Assembly (NCBI GenBank): GCA_950097015.1
Contig: CATNEN010000038.1
Location: 3,472,001-3,536,000 of the forward strand
DNA: 64,000 nucleotides
Direction: 5' to 3'
DNA from: Macrostomum hystrix
Lineage: Eukaryota > Animalia > Platyhelminthes
Position 1 is the stretch's first letter. Every line of letters starts with the position of its first letter. Made by a program: the position numbers and the translations under genes. A model generated the notes under the pieces. That model saw only the letters and a list, made by a program, of their open reading frames with translations. It ran no database searches and was not told where the DNA came from. Shown here in pieces: positions 1 to 13,046 of this stretch.

Positions 1-223
1 AGAGCGGAAAAGTTTTCGCATGTGTTCTGGATTTTCCTGGCCATTGGTTGAATATTTGGAGGCAAGTCACGTGACTAAACCGAGGTGTTCGAAATGGGAA
101 TTCCCTTTTTCTAAAAATAGATGCACAAGCGTACTCTCGTTATCTCTACCATCTAACATTTATTAATTACCACTAAAATGCTTCAAAACCGTTTGAGCTT
201 CTTTGAACGCGTGACCTTCGCAG

Positions 224-3200
224 ACTTGGATGTGGCTCATCGGCCCTACGGTAGTGTACATTGTCGAGAAGCTTCTTCGACTGGCCCGTCGCTGTCGCCG
301 GGTTGAACTGGTCCGCGTTGTCCAGCATCCGTCCAGGGTGATCGAGCTGCGGCTGCGCTGTCCCGGATTTTCCGCGGCGCCTGGCGAGTACGTCTTCCTG
401 CTGGTGCCGGAAGCCTCGCAGCTGCAGTGGCATCCGTTTACGCTAACCTCGGTGAGTGTATTTTCGCGTTTTTCGATACATATCGGACTCGAGATAAAGC
501 TATTGAAAAATATCTTTATTAATCGAATGTTGAAAAAAAACCGAGTAAGAGTTCAATTCATGATTTAGCAGTATCGTAAAGTCTTCAGGCCCCTACTTGG
601 GCGGTGCGATAGTATTTATTAAGAGAATTGTTCACTGTCAGCATTGAGCATAAAGTAATGTACATTAGAGGAGGCAGAAGTGTCCAACACATGTACGTGC
701 GTGGGCGGGGGCAGGAAAAAGGAGGTTAGCTGTTAGATATGCGAGACAGTTTTTGAGCAAGCCAGTTAGACAAGACATTAGAGTTACCTGTTATTCATGA
801 GTGCTACCTGTTAGCCATACGTGTTACCTGTTAGACATGGGAGTTACCTGTAAGACACTGAAGTTACTCTGTTAGAAATATCAGTTACCCGTTAGACAAG
901 ACATTTACCTGTTAGTCATTAGTGCTACCTGTTAGACACAAAAGTCACCTGTTACGGCTGCCAGACGTCGGAGTTACCTGTTAGACATTGAAGTTACCTG
1001 TTTGTCATGTGTGTTACGTGTTAGATACTGGAGTTACCTGTTAGACACCATAACTTGGGCACTCAATTCGCAGGCGCCAGACGATCCGTACTTCTCCGTG
1101 CACATTCGCACGGTTGGCGACTGGACTAAACAGGTGGAACAGCTGTTCACCAAGTGCTACGGCAAGGGCGACTTGACCACCGCTGAGCGTGAAGTGCTGC
1201 CTAAGTGAGCTGAGGCGGTGGGGCGTCACGCCGGTGGCAGTGAGGTGTCAAGGGTTGGCAGTGAGGTGTCAAGGGTTGGCAGTGAGGTGTCAAGAGTTGG
1301 CAGTGGGGTGTCAAAGGGTTGGCAGCGAGATGTCAAGGGGTTGGCAGCGAGATGTCAAAGGGTTGGCAGTAAGGTGTCAAAGCTTTGGCAGTGAGTTGTC
1401 AAAGGGTTGGCAGTGAGGTGTCAAAGGGTTGGCATTAAACAAAATTCAGAATTCAAAATCTATTTCAAACTCCTCTTTGCCAGGATCTACGTTGATGGGC
1501 CGTATGGCACCGCCACTGATGTAAGCTAGCTGTTGGTGTTTCGCTTTTTATTTAATTCACAGTTTGCTAGATACGAAAAAGGGTGCTTTTACAGCCTGTC
1601 AAATCCCTTTATAGAATTATTATATCAATAAACTTTCGAATCCCAAATTAAATGACGTCATTAACCATCTGTCAGTATGTGAAAAGGACCCCATAAGCCG
1701 TTTCTCAAACCCTACATAAATTACCGGAAAATAATCCCAAGCGAACAGCCAGTCACAAAGCCCTAGCAATGCCCTACTCAACCGCAGGGCGTCACGCACT
1801 ACTCAGTCTCGGTGCTGATTGGCTGCGGCATCGGGGTGACGCCATTCGCCTCCGTACTGCGCGACATCTGGCACCAGGTGCAGAAGACCCGGTCGCTGAG
1901 GAAGCTCAGACGGCTGTACTTTTACTGGATCTGCCCGGACTATCGGGCATTCGAATGGTTCGCAGAGTCGCTGCAGGATCTAGAACGTGACCTACGGCGA
2001 ATGGAGGGCGAGAACTACGCCGAACTGTTGGACATTCGGGTTCACCTCACGGGCAGCGTGGAGGCCAGACGAGCCCGCGAGATCGCCAGCCGGGACGGCG
2101 ACGAAGCCGACGTTCTGACCGGCCTGCGGGCCAGGACCCACTACGGAAGGCCAAACTGGGACTTGGAGCTGCACACATTGGCACAGGCGCACCCAGAGTG
2201 AGTCACCGCATTAGGGCGGCCTGGTGGATTGAGTAGGCTGAGATTGGGTGGACTGGTGGATTGAGTAGGCTGAGATTGGGTGGACTGGTGGATTGAGTAG
2301 GCTGTGATTGGGTGGACAGGTGGATTGAGTAGTCTGAGATTGGGTGGACTGGTGGATTGAGTAGGCTGTGATTGGGTGGACAGGTGGATTGAGTAGTCTG
2401 AGATTGGGTGGACTGGTGGATTGAGTAGGCTGTGATTGGGAGGACATGTGAATTGAGTAGGCTGTGATTGGGAGGACATGTGAATTGAGTAGGCTGTGAT
2501 TGAGAGGACAGGTGAATTGAGTAGGCTGTGATTGGGTGGACAGGTGGACTGAGTAGGTTGTGATTGGGTGGACAGGTGGACTGAGTAGGCTGTGATTGGG
2601 TGGACAGGTGGACTGAGTAGGCTGTGATTGGGTGGACAGGTGGACTGAGTAGGCTGTGATTGGGTGTACAGCCTAATTGAGTAGGCTGTGATTGGGTGGA
2701 CTGGCGGACTGAGTAGGCTGTGATTGGGTGGACTGGCGGACTGAGTAGGCTGTGATTGGGTGGACTGGCGGACTGAGTAGGCTGTGATTGGGTGGACAGC
2801 CTAATTGAGTAGGCTGTGATTGGGTGGACTGGCGGACTGAGTAGGCTGTGATTGGGCGGACAGCCTAATTGAGTAGGCTGTGATTGGGTGGACAGCCTAA
2901 TTGAGTAGGCTGTGATTAGGTGGACAGCCTAATTGAGTAGGCTGTGATTGGGTGGACTGGCGGACTGAGTAGGCTGTGATTGGGCGGACAGCCTAATTGA
3001 GTAGGCTGTGATTGGGTGGACAGCCTAATTGAGTAGGCTGTGATTGGGTGGACAGCCTAATTGAGTAGGCTGTGATTGGGTGGACAGGTGGACTGAGTAG
3101 GCTGTGATTGGGCGGACAGGTGGACTGAGTAGGCTGTGATTGGGTGGACAGGTGGACTGAGTAGGCTGTGATTGGGCGGAAGGTATATTGATGAGGGATT

Positions 3201-3424
3201 CAACAAAGCGCACAGGTAGCTTAGGTGATTGTTAAAATTAAATTGCGAGAGAGGTCAGGTATTAAGTTAAGAGCGTTGCTCACACCTTGAATTATAATTT
3301 CAGTACATCTATAGGCGTATTCTTCTGCGGACCCAGCCGGTTAGCTAAGGAGTTAAGCTCCAGGTGCAATGAGGTCACAAATTCCACGAATTGCGTGTTC
3401 TATTTTAACAAAGAGAACTTTTAG
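224..3424 (+). CDS. NOX: NADPH oxidase (NOX1-4/gp91phox-type), C-terminal FAD/NADPH-binding half; 5' part lies outside the window
   Basis: Exons 224-451, 1074-1204, 1484-1520, 1788-2197 and 3304-3424, all GT-AG and phase-compatible. Motifs: WHPFTLTS, SVHIRTVGDWT, VDGPYG, GCGIGVTPFAS, LYFYWIC, THYGRPNW, GVFFCGP and terminal KENF*. Confidence 0.93.
765..1049. repeat. Degenerate ~21-bp minisatellite (core GAGTTACCTGTTAGACA) in a NOX intron
   Basis: Core TTACCTGTTAG recurs about every 21 bp. Confidence 0.75.
1235..1434. repeat. 21-22-bp minisatellite TGGCAGTGAGGTGTCAA(A)GGGT in a NOX intron
   Basis: About 9 tandem copies read directly. Confidence 0.9.
2217..3180. repeat. 32-bp minisatellite GGTGGATTGAGTAGGCTGTGATTGGGTGGACA in the last NOX intron
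   Basis: Period 32 (2221 to 2253), about 30 copies. Confidence 0.95.
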
Positions 3425-4010
3425 ATCCTCTCTGCCTTTACAAAGTGGTCTGTTATAAAAAATTCTTCTTTTACTACTGAAAGTATGTTTTTATGAGTAG
3501 TGTATTCTGATTATTTTATTCCTTATTAAACACGAAGGATATATGTTGTTGATTTTGTGATAATGTTTCTTGTTTTTTACTTTGTGCGGCAATAATTTTA
3601 TGACAGAATTTTCTATCCTTTTTGTGTCAATGAAATGCAGGATATAGATAAAAATTGATTTTTTATATGATTTTCAAATATACTGAGAAATCTATTCTAA
3701 ACGTAGTTTTTTGTTTAAAGTTTCGAGTCGTGTTTAAGTCATTTTGTCAATTTGTTTTAATTGTAAACACAAATTCAAACAAACACGCATGGTTTGAAAT
3801 AAATTATCGTATAAATCTATATATAGACAATCCGCACTGTCTATGGTCTGAAAGCCGCGTGGCTCTTTCAAGTAATTTACAATATTACAATATCTACGAG
3901 TACAATATAAGTTTGAAAGAATGAACCACATTTACGATCGTAAAGTACATGTAATTAGCAAAAGTAGTTCGTCAGTTGCTTAATCAATCAATCACGACAG
4001 CAGCAGCGAA

Positions 4011-7000
4011 ATGGGAACTGCACTTCGCATTGTTAGGTGAGCTTAAATCCTAATATAATAAATATCTAATGTCTGACACTTTATCTGCAATTTGACATTA
4101 GGCTACCTGACGTAATACCAGGTTACTTAATGCGGCATCTGGTTTACCTAATGTGATAACTGATTATCATGATAACAATGATAACATAAGGTCAGGTCAG
4201 ACATAAGTGATAACAATGTGATACGCCGCCGAATTTTCCAAAGACCAATCAGCGGTTGGCTACCAGTGGCCCCATTAGCCGTCCTCCTGGCTCTCTGTCT
4301 GTCACCTTCGCCGTCGGCTGGCGTGAGTCCCACTTGGCAGCCGTGGTCTAACCACGAGACGCAGTGCAGCACCACTTGCGGACAGGTGACGATGTTTGGT
4401 TTTATGGGTCTGCGTAGCGAAGTAGAATGGGAAATAGTTCCTAAACGCCCTTCCTGTATGCTAATCCCTGAGCTCGAATCCGCGGCAAGGCCACATTAAT
4501 TTGGCCGCGCACGTGCAGAGAGAAGACTTTTGGGGGCTTTTCGTGCAATTTACGCCCTTGAGGGCCAACCCCCAGGGTACAGCGAGAGTTTACAAGCTGA
4601 GTGTCATATAAAAAGCCACGGCAGATGTGCAGCCCTGTATGATATGTATATGCGTGTATTTTGGAGTCAGCAGAATAGGCAGAATAACATTTCGCTGGCT
4701 GCGTGTCTACTATCACCGAATAACGGTCCAGTGCCCACAGCTCAACTGCAACTGTCACTATTCCGCACTAGCCTACTCATAAGTAGTGCTCACAGTGTCT
4801 TCTCTAAAACATTTAGGGCGTACGCTGCCGAAGACGCGACTGCATTGACAGAAGCTCATCGACGCAAGCAGCCATCAACGTTGACATGTGCGCCGGCGGC
4901 GAGAAGGCCAGCCGGGACTGCCTGCCCTGCCAAGCGTACGTCATCTGTCCGCAGAATGGCGGCTGGAGCGAGTGGAGCGAATGGACCGACTGCATGCTGA
5001 ACAAAACCCTTGCCGACCAGAAGGTCGCAGCCGAAGAGGCCACCGATTCTGCGAACGCGCCAATTTACGGCGGACCCGACGACGCTAGTAAAGCCAGCCA
5101 AGCCAGAAGCGAAGTGGCTGAAAAGGCCGAGTCGAGCGTTGACGCCCAGAATAATGGCATGGCGATTCCGGCTAGCGGGGATGCGGCAGAGTTCGATGAG
5201 AAGTGCGGCCAGGTGAGTCTATACTCTGAGAGCCTCTGGCTCATTGATGATTGGCTGGGAACTCCAGAAGACGGAAGACCTGTCCTCGGATTGGCTTGTA
5301 ACTCCAGAGGACGAAGGACCTCTGTCCTCGGATTGGCTTGGAACTCCAGAGGACGAAGGATCTCTGTCCTCGGATTGGCTTGGAACTCCAGTGGACGAAG
5401 GACCTCTGTCCTCGGATTGGCTTGGAACTCCAGAGGACGAAGGACCTCTGTCCTCGGATTGGCTTGGAACTCCGGAGGACGGAGGACATGTCTCCTCTGA
5501 TTGGTTGCTCTAGTGGAAGAAGGACTTAAACTCAAACTGTGATTGGCTAGGAACCCCAGAAAGCCTTTGCTTTTAGTTGCCTACGGACGATCATCCGATG
5601 GTTTACAAAATCTGCTTTTAAAAGACTAGCTCAAACATAAACCAGGGCACTCGTCAGCGAGTCCGCGCCTGCGACAATCCGCCTCCGGGGCCGAAGGGCA
5701 TGCGCTGCGGCGGCGGCCGCTCGGGCCGCCTGGAGAAGGAGGTCTGCACCGTGCCCTGCTCTGACGATCTGAACTTTCTGGTCATAGCCAAGGAAATGCT
5801 GGCCCAGGACCTGTTGGAGAACCCCAATCAGCTGGTCTACGTGAACTACGGCGCTCCCGCCACCCTAGAGTGCGCCAACGAAGCCTACAGCCTGACTCAG
5901 TCCAGCGTGAAGCCCGATCAAAACCTGCAGATCGACTGGCGAAGGAACAATGTCAGCGTGTTGGCTCTGAAGAGTAAGCTGGAGCACCTCTTACATCGGA
6001 AGAAAAAGGCCAGGGGCATGGACGGCAGCTCTAAGGCAACCAAAAAGGCGGTGGCCCAGACTACCAAGTTGGAGATGGCCCCGGTTCGAGCCCTCGGCAC
6101 GAAGCTCATCATCGACCCGGTGGAGGACGAAAGAGTCGGCATGTACGCCTGCTTCATGGTGGGTCAGCTGTGCCATGCAATGACCAACATACCCCAGCCA
6201 CCTGCACACCTCAATGACCAACATACCCCAGCCACCTGCACACCTCAATGACCAACATACCCCAGCTAACTGCACACCTCAATGACCAACATACCCAAGC
6301 TAACTGCACACCTCAATGACCAACATACCCCAGCTAACTGCACACCTCAATGACCAACATACCCCAGCTAACTGCACACCTCAATGACCAACATACCCCA
6401 GCTAACTGCACACCTCAATGACCAACATACCCAAGCTAACTGCACACCTCAATGACCAACATACCCCAGCTAACTGCACACCTCAATGAACACCGCATCC
6501 CTCACCAGGTGTTGGACGACGAGTACTTCCTAATGCGCAGCTTCACCCTGTTAACCAGGCAGCTCATTCTGCGGCAGCACCCGCAGACGCAGTTGGTTGT
6601 CATGCGAACAAACACGGAGAGCTTCATAGACGCTCAGCTGCAGTGGCTAGACGCGGCCACGATTCGCTGGTATCACAATGGCATACCGCGACGGGAGCAC
6701 GTTCTGGCGGACTGGTTCGAGAGAAACTGGACCATAAGGCTGTCCCATAGGTACACAGGCGCCTGGGAGTGCTACCTGGTGCAAGATGAGAGCCGCCAAT
6801 GGAAGACCAACGAGTTTGTGCTGGAGATCAGCGAGCAGCCCAGCTTCATGGAGAAGTTCAGCGACACCAATCGGGCCTACTTTCTCGCCGCCTGCGCCCT
6901 CATCCTCTACGCCCTAATCGGCTTCCCGCTGGCTGTGCTGACGCTGAAACAGCGCGAGGACAACTGGATGACAGCCGAGGAGCAGCGATGCATTGAGCAC

Positions 7001-7060
7001 GTCAGGCAGCTTAATTATCTGTACATGGCCCGCTACTTACGCAGGATCTCTCCCTGGTGA
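4011..7060 (+). CDS. Single-pass membrane protein: signal peptide, two thrombospondin type-1 repeats, probable Ig-like domains, TM helix, short tail
   Basis: Exons 4011-4036 (MGTALRIV), 4244-4385, 4817-5212, 5646-6158 and 6509-7060, phases compatible. TSP1 motifs WQPWS..CSTTCGQGVRCRRRDC and GGWSEWSEWTDC..CGQGTRQRVRACDNPPP. Ig-like elements ATLEC..IDW..GMYAC and IRWYHNG..TGAWEC. TM segment AYFLAACALILYALIGFPLAVLTL. Confidence 0.8.
4430..4745 (+). mobile_element. tRNA-derived SINE, diverged copy (intron 2 of the TSP1/Ig gene)
   Basis: Shares GAGCTCGAATCCG, TCGTGCAATTTACGCCCTTGAGGGCCAACC and GGAGTCAGCAGAATAGGCAGAAT..TCGCTGGCTGCG with the copies at 42.5, 44.2 and 52.1 kb. Confidence 0.8.
5248..5560. 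repeat. 42-bp minisatellite GATTGGCTTGGAACTCCAGAGGACGAAGGACCTCTGTCCTCG (intronic)
   Basis: About 6-7 copies; each unit holds the inverted pair GAGGAC/GTCCTC. Confidence 0.92.
6179..6488. repeat. 34-bp minisatellite AATGACCAACATACCCCAGCTAACTGCACACCTC (intronic)
   Basis: Period 34, 9 copies; fills nearly all of intron 6159-6508. Confidence 0.95.
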
Positions 7061-7269
7061 AGCTGGACTGGTCTGGTCTGGATATGGTTGAAAGGCTGAG
7101 AACTATTGATTAGTGTATCGATTAGTAGATTTTTTGCGAACGAAATTGTTTGAATTTCGTAAAATTGGAAATCGAAGATTGTAAATATCCCAAAATGAGC
7201 ATGCTTTTGACACTATTTCGACTTTATTCAACCCTAATTGCCGAATCCCACTGTCATCTTCGATTCATA

Positions 7270-8855
7270 ATTATCAGATCCCACTTTCTGTTTCGATCCC
7301 TAACTGTCAGATCCCACTTTCCTCTTTTGATCCTAAACTGTCAGATCCCACTTTCATGTTTCGATCCCAAACCGTCAGATCCCACTTTCCTCTTTTGATC
7401 CCAAACTGTCAGATCCGACTTTTCTGTTTCGATCCCAAACCGTTAGATCCCACTTTCATGTTTCGATCCCAAACCGTCAGATCCCACTTTCCTCTTTTGA
7501 TCCCAAACTGTCAGATCCGACTTTTCTGTTTTGATCCCAAACTGTCAGATCCCACTTTCCTGTTTCGATCCTAAACCGCCAGATCCCACTTTCCGGTTTT
7601 GATCCTAAACTGTCAGATCCCACTTTCATGTTTCGATCCCAAACCGCCAGATCCCACTTTCCGGTTTTGATCCTAAACTGTTAGATCCCACTTTCCGGTT
7701 TTGATCCCAAACTGTCAGATCCGACTTTTCTGTTTTGATCCCAAACTGTCAGATCCCACTTTCCTGTTTCGATCCTAAACCGCCAGATCCCACTTTCCGG
7801 TTTTGATCCTAAACTGTCAGATCCCACTTTCATGTTTCGATCCCAAACCGCCAGATCCCACTTTCCTGTTTTGATCCCAAACTGTCAGATCCCACTTTCC
7901 GGTTTTGATCCTAAACTGTTAGATCCCACTTTCCGGTTTTGATCCCAACCTGTTAGATCCCACTTTCCGGTTTTGATCCCAAACTGTTAGATCCCACTTT
8001 CCGGTTTTGATCCCAAACTGTCAGATCCCACTTTCCTCTTTTGATCCCAAACTGTCAGATCCGACTTTTCTGTTTTGATCCCAAACTGTCAGATCCCACT
8101 TTCCTGTTTCGATCCTAAACCGCCAGATCCCACTTTCCGGTTTTGATCCTAAACTGTCAGATCCCACTTTCATGTTTCGATCCCAAACCGCCAGATCCCA
8201 CTTTCCTGTTTTGATCCCAAACTGTCAGATCCCACTTTCCTCTTTTGATCCCAAACTGTCAGATCCGACTTTTCTGTTTTGATCCCAAACTGTCAGATCC
8301 GACTTTTCTGTTTTGATCCCAAACTGTCAGATCACTTTCCTCTTTTGATCCCAAACTGTCAGATCCGACTTTCCTCTTTTGATCCCAAACTGTCAGATCC
8401 GACTTTTCTGTTTTGATCCCAAACTGTCAGATCCCACTTTCATGTTTCGATCTCAAACCGCCAGATCCCACTTTCCTGTTTTGGTCCCAAACTGTCAGAT
8501 CCCACTTTCCGGTTTTGATCCTAAACTGTTAGATCCCACTTTCCGGTTTTGATCCCAACCTGTTAGATCCCACTTTCCTGTTTTGATCCCAAACTGTTAG
8601 ATCCCACTTTCCTGTTTCGATCCCAAACTGTTAGATCCCACTTTCCGGTTTTGATCCTAAACTGTTAGATCCCACTTTCTGGTTTTGATCCCAACCTGTT
8701 AGATCCCACTTACCGGTTTTGATCCCAAACTGTTAGATCCCACTTTCCGATTTTGATCCCAACCTGTAAAATCCCACTTTCTAGTTTCGATCCCAACCTG
8801 TCAAATCCCACTTTCCTGTTTCGATTCCAACCTGTCAAATCCCACTTTCCTGTTT
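7270..8855. repeat. 34-bp minisatellite GATCCCAAACTGTCAGATCCCACTTTCCTGTTTT between convergent 3' ends
   Basis: Period 34 (7329 to 7363), about 46 copies; GATCCCA occurs twice per unit. Confidence 0.95.
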
Positions 8856-9689
8856 TATGTTTTCTAAAAAGCCAAGCATTAATACAGTGTTACAAAACTG
8901 CATCAGATTTATAACTTATAAGCAGAAAATAGGTTTGCATATTTATTCTTCACTATCAGACAAAAAACAATATTGCGGCCAAATATAAATGACCATGCAA
9001 TTCCGGTAGACACAGAAAACCCAACTGCACTCACTGCAAGCTAAAGGCTATGAAAAGGTATAGAAAACACAAACAGTCGAGAACAAACGTTGCACAATGA
9101 GTAAGCGGTTTTCAAAGAACCACAATGATCGCTGTGAATATAGGTAAGCGCGGGTAAGCGAAGCATAGATAGAGAAGCTCATGCACGAGTTTCTTAAACC
9201 GAATAAAATTAGAGCAGTGCTTTAGTCTATTAATACGACGAGTATTCGCGGAATTTCGAGAACGATAACGAAGCAAGGTTATCAATTTGATAAGAATTTC
9301 GATTTGAAAACACAGAAAACAACAATGTACATTCCGCTTTATTGTAGTGAACATTGCTACTTTATCTGTAATTTATCTATAAAACAAATACACTGCAATT
9401 CGGACACTCGTATCATTATGTTATTGAAAGTTCGCGTTTGATTATATTTAAACTCAGAGAGCTCGTTAGGGGAAGAGAAACAGAAAACTGATATACTGAT
9501 ATATAAGATGGAGAAAGTAAGAGAGGGGAGGGGGAGGAGGAGACGGGAGACGAGAGGGGAGAGGGTTCCTGAGGCGATAAATACAGGCTCTCTGAGTTTA
9601 AATAATAACTCTAACAAAGGTGTGCTCTGGATAGACAACAGCGGAGATGAAAAAAACACGACAGAATCGCGCAGACAGCGTCAGCCTTT

Positions 9690-10403
9690 CTAATCCCTAG
9701 ATGCCTGAATAATAGACAGGATAAACAGGAACAGGTTGACAATGTCCAGGTACAGGTTGAGGGCGGCAAAGATGTACTCCTCAGGCGACAGGGCGTACTT
9801 GTGCTTGCCGCCCAGCATGAGCTGGGTGTCCACCACCAGGTAGACGCTAAAGAGCAGAGCGCCGAGGCAGGAGTAGGCTAGAATGGCGAAGCGCGACTGT
9901 ATGATGGCGCACAGCAGGCCAAACAGCATTAGGATGAGCAGGAACACAAATAGGATGCCGCTGAGCATGGTGAAGTCAATCTTAGTCTGCATGGCGAAGA
10001 TGGTCAGGGCCAGAACTACAAAGGCGGTGACACCGACTGCGATGAACACTGCGTCAGTGTCGTAGTGCGAGGAGATGCTGCCGAGCATGTAGCTCTCGCA
10101 CAGGGTGAACACCACCAGCAGGATGATGTTGGAGGGAAAAGTGCGGCGGCAGTTCTCGCAGCAGGCCAGCACAAGCAGCAGCACCAGGGTGGCAACCAGG
10201 GCCACAATGTACAGCCAGGGATGCTGCTGGGAGTAGATCTTCACGGGTTGGCAGAAGACAAACAGGGCAATAAATGACAGGGTGATGGCCAGCTGCATGG
10301 TGAGTATGCCGTACACCTTGCGCACGAAGCCTTTGCGCACCGACTCCTCGGTGAATTCCATGTTGCTAACGAAGCCCTCGGATTCGTAGTCGTAGGAGGA
10401 CAT
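9690..10403 (-). CDS. Lifeguard/TMBIM (Bax inhibitor-1 superfamily) multi-pass membrane protein, single coding exon
   Basis: 237 aa. Motifs VRKGFVRKVYGIL, RRTFPSNIILL, FAMQTKIDFT, DTQLMLGGKHKYALSPEEYIFAALNLYLDIVNLF. Confidence 0.93.
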   Translation of the reverse strand: MSSYDYESEGFVSNMEFTEESVRKGFVRKVYGILTMQLAITLSFIALFVFCQPVKIYSQQHPWLYIVALVATLVLLLVLACCENCRRTFPSNIILLVVFTLCESYMLGSISSHYDTDAVFIAVGVTAFVVLALTIFAMQTKIDFTMLSGILFVFLLILMLFGLLCAIIQSRFAILAYSCLGALLFSVYLVVDTQLMLGGKHKYALSPEEYIFAALNLYLDIVNLFLFILSIIQASRD

Positions 10404-11594
10404 GCTTGCCGGCGGTTGGCTGCGGCAGTGGCGGCGCTATCAATAATTGAAGCTAATTTCACTATTCCTCAACAGCTAACTGACTGGGATCCTGAGGGGA
10501 TTGGGGAAGTTGGGCAGACTAGAGGGGAGACCAAGCCTGGGGATCTTGGATTTGGGCCAATAACGTTGGCGATTTCGGAATTGGGATTTGGGAAGGGGAG
10601 CCTGATATTGAGGGTCTGGGATTTGGGAAGGTTCGGGGTAGGGTGTTCAGGTTCGGGTTTTGGCACTGGGTTCGGGGTTTCCAGATTTGTTAATTTTATT
10701 TCAGTTTTACTTAATTAGTATTGCCTTATTATGTGATAAAGCGTCGTTTAGAATCGCGCCAATTCAAATAAATACCTCGTGAACTAAACTGGTGTACGCA
10801 ATACGCTTAATGCACTGCACTAAGGACTTAATAATCGTGATCCCGTAATCATTCTAACGTAAATCTATCATTCTACGAATTTTCGGCCCTGCATTATAAT
10901 ATTCCATAGTGAAAGGAATGATCTTCTATATATCTAAAGTCTAAACTGCATTATGTCTTATGTCTTTAATTATGCTTTATTTTTACCTAGCCAGCTAGTT
11001 AAGTAGGTAATCCCACATCCAGGCTAACAGAGAACTTGTAGACCTTTACTAAACAGAGCAAATCATATTAATGATTATCTATTCTCTATATAGCAGGTTC
11101 GTTTACTGTCATCCATTCATTAAAGTTTTTAGCAATTTATTTTTCTAGCATATTAGCTCTAGCCTTAGCCCTGCTTTTAGCCTTAGCTTACGGCTCGTAT
11201 AATTTATGTATTAGGGGCTAGGGCTACACTGTTGCTGACTACTGACTAGCAGCATGTCTGAGACTATAAGAGCAGATAAATATGAACACAGTCAGGTAGG
11301 TCAGAGTCTACCTGACCTACCTGATCTTTTAGATGCTTATCAAAATTATAAGTACGACTGAGGAGTTGAGTAGTGTAGCCATAGTGGGGAGAAGAGTTAA
11401 CAATTGAAAAGTAGAAAGAGGAAAAGGCGGAATACTGGTATTTTAAGACAATTGCATACTGTCCTCAACAATGACTCCAAGTCCAAGAGATAGTCGGGTA
11501 AAGTCCGGGGTCAGGTCGGGTTTTAAGTCCGGGTCGGGTTCCGGGTTCGGGGTCAGTGTTTCCATTTCCAAAAATGGAAACCCGAACACCCCTA

Positions 11595-13046
11595 GGGGAG
11601 ACTGATATTGAGGGTCTGGGATTCGGGAAGGGGAGCCTGATATTGAGGGTCTGGGATTCGGGAAGGGGAGCCTGATATTGAGGGTCTGGGATTCGGGAAG
11701 GGGAGCCTGATATTGAGGGTCTGGGATTCGGGAAGGGGAGCATGATATTGAGGGTCTGGGATTCAGGAAGGGGAGCATGATATTGAGGGTCTGGGATTCG
11801 GGAAGGGGAGCCTGATATTGAGGGTCTGGGATTCGGGAAGGGGAGACTGATATTGAGGGTCTGGGATTCGGGAAGGGGAGCATGATATTGAGGGTCTGGG
11901 ATTCGGGAAGGGGAGCATGATATTGAGGGTCTGGGATTCGGGAAGGGGAGCATGATATTGAGGGTCTGGGATTCGGGAAGGGGAGCATGATATTGAGGGT
12001 CTGGGATTCGGGAAGGGGAGCCTGATATTGAGGGTCTGGGATTCGGGAAGGGGAGCCTGATATTGAGGGTCTGGGATTCGGGAAGGGGAGCATGATATTG
12101 AGGGTCTGGGATTCGGGAAGGGGAGCATGATATTGAGGGTCTGGGATTCGGGAAGGGGAGCCTGATATTGAGGGTCTGGGATTCGGGAAGGGGAGCCTGA
12201 TATTGAGGGTCTGGGATTCGGGAAGGGGAGCCTGATATTGAGGGTCTGGGATTCGGGAAGGGGAGCATGATATTGAGGGTCTGGGATTCGGGAAGGGGAG
12301 CCTGATATTGAGGGTCTGGGATTCGGGAAGGGGAGCCTGATATTGAGGGTCTGGGATTCGGGAAGGGGAGCCTGATATTGAGGGTCTGGGATTCGGGAAG
12401 GGGAGCCTGATATTGAGGGTCTGGGATTCGGGAAGGGGAGCCTGATATTGAGGGTCTGGGATTCGGGAAGGGGAGCCTGATATTGAGGGTCTGGGATTCG
12501 GGAAGGGGAGCCTGATATTGAGGGTCTGGGATTCGGGAAGGGGAGCCTGATATTGAGGGTCTGGGATTCGGGAAGGGGAGCCTGATATTGAGGGTCTGGG
12601 ATTCAGGAAGGGGAGCCTGATATTGAGGGTCTGGGATTCGGGAAGGGGAGCCTGATATTGAGGGTCTGGGATTCGGGAAGGGGAGCATGATATTGAGGGT
12701 CTGGGATTCGGGAAGGGGAGACTGATATTGAGGGTCTGGGATTCGGGAAGGGGAGCATGATATTGTGGGTCTGGGATTCGGGAAGGGGAGCCTGATATTG
12801 AGGGTCTGGGATTCGGGAAGGGGAGCATGATATTGTGGGTCTGGTATTCGGGAAGGGGAGACTGATATTGAGGGTCTGGGATTCGGGAAGGGGAGACTGA
12901 TATTGAGGGTCTGGGATTCGGGAAGGGGAGACTGATATTGTGGGTCTGGTATTCGGGAAGGGGAGACTGATATTGAGGGTCTGGGATTCGGGAAGGGGAG
13001 ACTGATATTGAGGGTCTGGGATTCGGGAAGGGGAGACTGATATTGA
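11595..13046. repeat. 35-bp G-rich minisatellite GGGGAGCCTGATATTGAGGGTCTGGGATTCGGGAA
   Basis: Period 35, about 41 very homogeneous copies; a solo copy lies at about 10583-10631. Confidence 0.97.
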
